A stretch of 64,000 bases of DNA from IMG/VR virus record IMGVR_UViG_3300039412_000320. The stretch is one strand, 5' to 3'. This DNA comes from a virus. Of the stretch, positions 62,164 to 64,000 are shown in pieces (the first letter of the stretch is position 1; every line of letters starts with the position of its first letter). The notes below the pieces were generated by a model that ran no database searches, was not told the origin of the DNA, and saw only the letters and a list, made by a program, of their open reading frames with translations. Made by a program: the position numbers and the translations under genes.

Positions 62164-63135
62164 CTACTCCTTTGAAGCGGGGTCACTTCTTGACCCCTCT
62201 GCCAACTGAATCACACCACCATCCAAATAAGGCTCGATAGCATGGCGTAAGTTGTAACTGTTGTCGTCATGCACCACGAGGATGGAACTCATTCTCGGGA
62301 CGATGATGCACGTCTCGTTTGCCACATCGTGAGCACAGAAAATGTTGTAGGCCATACGGCGGGAGAACAGAACTTGATTGAGGATTTCTCCGCCCGACTT
62401 GGAACGGAACACATAGGGAATACCTTCCGCTTGGAAAGTGATGTGGTCAGAAGACGCCGGGGGAATAGTTGCCATGGTCGGCCCGCTCCCCGGCCCCCAA
62501 AAGACATAAGAGGCCCGCAGGCCGGGCATCACCTTAAGATACCTGTCCGCCCCGATACCAAGGCTGCTGACATTATTGCTGTCCACCAGCGCCGGGGTGC
62601 TGCCCTTGGGGCTGACCCGCCATGAAAGGTTGGGGGTAAAGTTGGCGATGATTTTCAATGACCGGATGGTGCTGAGGTCCTGATTGAACTTCTCATCCTC
62701 CGTCGTCATGTTGGCGGAAAGCTTCACCATTTTCGACCCCGGCATGAAGGGGCTACGCTTGTTGTTCTTCCACCACTCTTCCATGGTCTTGAGGTCCTGT
62801 TCGGCGCTCAAAGCTTGGTATGCCATGCCAACATACGATTGCAGGTTGAGCATCACCTGTGTGAAGAGGTTGTAGTCCAGCAGGGTTGTGAGCTTCTTGA
62901 GAACTACACTCCGGTCATAGCCGGTCGGCTCCGCCTTAACTTCTGGCCCGGCCTCCAGCCAAGAATCTCTAAAAAGCAGGTAAATAAGACCACCCCAGTT
63001 ATTTGTTCGGTCAAAGGTAAGGTTAGAAAAGTGTTTTAAAAACCAATCCTTGAGGGTTTGTTCAGACTCAAATACCTCATTAACCTTCTCTGAAAAACTT
63101 ACCGCTACTCGGTCATAAATTTCAGTCGATTCCAT
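62164..63135 (-). CDS. hypothetical protein
   Basis: 323-aa ORF. Confidence 0.45.
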   Translation of the reverse strand: MESTEIYDRVAVSFSEKVNEVFESEQTLKDWFLKHFSNLTFDRTNNWGGLIYLLFRDSWLEAGPEVKAEPTGYDRSVVLKKLTTLLDYNLFTQVMLNLQSYVGMAYQALSAEQDLKTMEEWWKNNKRSPFMPGSKMVKLSANMTTEDEKFNQDLSTIRSLKIIANFTPNLSWRVSPKGSTPALVDSNNVSSLGIGADRYLKVMPGLRASYVFWGPGSGPTMATIPPASSDHITFQAEGIPYVFRSKSGGEILNQVLFSRRMAYNIFCAHDVANETCIIVPRMSSILVVHDDNSYNLRHAIEPYLDGGVIQLAEGSRSDPASKE

Positions 63136-63874
63136 GGGCTTTCATCCTTTCTATAAGCCTTTCAAGCTCTTTCCGGCTGGCGTTATTTTTTAACAAGTTA
63201 GCTCTAAAACTCACCACCCAAACATTACTTTTAACATACCCGGATGAGGGGTTTTTCCTATCTAACGAGGGAGTATTTCCATCCCAACCATGTTTTTTAT
63301 GGGTAAGTTTTATATCCAAGAGGGGGCAAACCTCTGGAATGATGATGTCATCTGGAGAAATGTTGAATAAAATCCCCCGCTTTTTGGCACGGCTCTTAGC
63401 TTTTTCCCACAGCCTGAATTCCGGGGTAGACTTATGTTTTTCCAACCTATATTTGTTTCGTCTTGGTGAACAAGCCTTACACCCCCCTGATTGACTACGG
63501 GGATAAAAATTGAGATTCCCTGTTGTAGCAATCAAGGTGTTTCCACAATCACATCGGCATAACCAATATTGTGCATTTTTGCTTTTATAATGTGGGGGTG
63601 CCTTGGTTCTTTCTACCACAACTAATTTTCCGAAACGTTTACTAGTCAAATCCATACGCTGCTTTCGCCTGCATCCGCAGCTTGTAGATACCCCTTGATG
63701 GAGGACACTAGCGGACACCAGCTTTTCAGTGCCACATTTGCACCTGCATTTATAAACTACTCCCGAGTGACTTGAACCTACGGGTTGACGTTCCCCCACC
63801 GTCCACCACCCAAATTGTTGTCCAGTTAAATCCTCACGATGGTATTTTCCGTTGTTCATTACCGTATCCCCCAC
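63122..63874 (-). CDS. HNH-family (SxDRxxxxGY type) homing endonuclease with Zn fingers
   Basis: Multiple CxC/CxxC motifs. TPSLDRKNPSSGYVKSNVWVVSFRAN as in 1-483 and 12924-13310. Confidence 0.55.
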   Translation of the reverse strand: MGDTVMNNGKYHREDLTGQQFGWWTVGERQPVGSSHSGVVYKCRCKCGTEKLVSASVLHQGVSTSCGCRRKQRMDLTSKRFGKLVVVERTKAPPHYKSKNAQYWLCRCDCGNTLIATTGNLNFYPRSQSGGCKACSPRRNKYRLEKHKSTPEFRLWEKAKSRAKKRGILFNISPDDIIIPEVCPLLDIKLTHKKHGWDGNTPSLDRKNPSSGYVKSNVWVVSFRANLLKNNASRKELERLIERMKAHGID

Positions 63875-63908
63875 TAATTAATCCAATAGTTCGGATTTTC
63901 ATTCCGTG

Positions 63909-64000
63909 GGGTCACCACCGGGAGCATCCACCACCTCTTGTGCCAACTCATACAGCGGCTCCCGCTCTCCCGGAGGAATGATGCTATCCTCATTCATTAA
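63909..64000 (-). CDS. partial ORF running off the window end
   Basis: Frame open to nt 64000 on the minus strand. Confidence 0.2.

Noticed and set aside
1-64000. CRISPR arrays, integrase/att sites, giant eukaryotic virus origin
   Set aside because: No regularly spaced direct repeats, and no tyrosine or serine recombinase motifs were seen. Bacterial SD sequences, sigma70-like extended -10 promoters and bacterial-type tRNA features argue for a bacteriophage rather than an NCLDV, despite the MVP homologue.

Overview
This 64 kb window looks like a fragment of a large (jumbo-type) bacteriophage genome. The evidence is bacterial-style Shine-Dalgarno sites, frequent ATGA/TTGA start-stop overlaps, collagen-like tail-fibre genes, two large tRNA arrays and a very high density of homing endonucleases. 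GC content is about 50 percent and coding occurs on both strands. Main contents, in order: (1) positions 1-13300 hold a block of large multidomain, probably injected/anti-defence proteins: a GIY-YIG nuclease fused to a KptA/Tpt1-like domain, a GNAT-ParB fusion, and a 474-aa and a 2025-aa polyvalent protein sharing a novel module repeated four times, an LYHGT KptA-like domain repeated three times within the 2025-aa protein (five in total across the three multidomain ORFs), a transglutaminase-like protease, an MNT nucleotidyltransferase and a zinc ribbon; (2) a Clp-family AAA+ ATPase interrupted by a LAGLIDADG intein and flanked by paralogous GIY-YIG-like genes; (3) two tail-fibre genes with collagen-like repeats; (4) a tRNA array of nine tRNAs, all class II (Tyr, four Leu, four Ser); (5) a major vault protein (MVP) homologue of about 810 aa; (6) a nucleotide-metabolism module (Nudix, ThyX, dCMP deaminase) with an HNH gene inserted; (7) a second array of at least 18 tRNAs ordered by amino acid (His, Arg x3, Asn x2, Lys x3, Phe, CAT x3, Pro x3, Gln, and a long-variable-arm tRNA with a CCA anticodon), interleaved with HNH genes, tRNA fragments and degenerate tRNA-like elements; (8) several candidate ncRNAs or structured leaders driven by near-identical TGGTATTAT extended -10 promoters; (9) about 22 homing-endonuclease-type genes in total (HNH, GIY-YIG, LAGLIDADG), three of them preceded by a conserved ATAAATGAACT motif and an RBS-sequestering hairpin. 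All calls are made by eye from motifs. tRNA coordinates and anticodons were derived by hand folding and are tentative.
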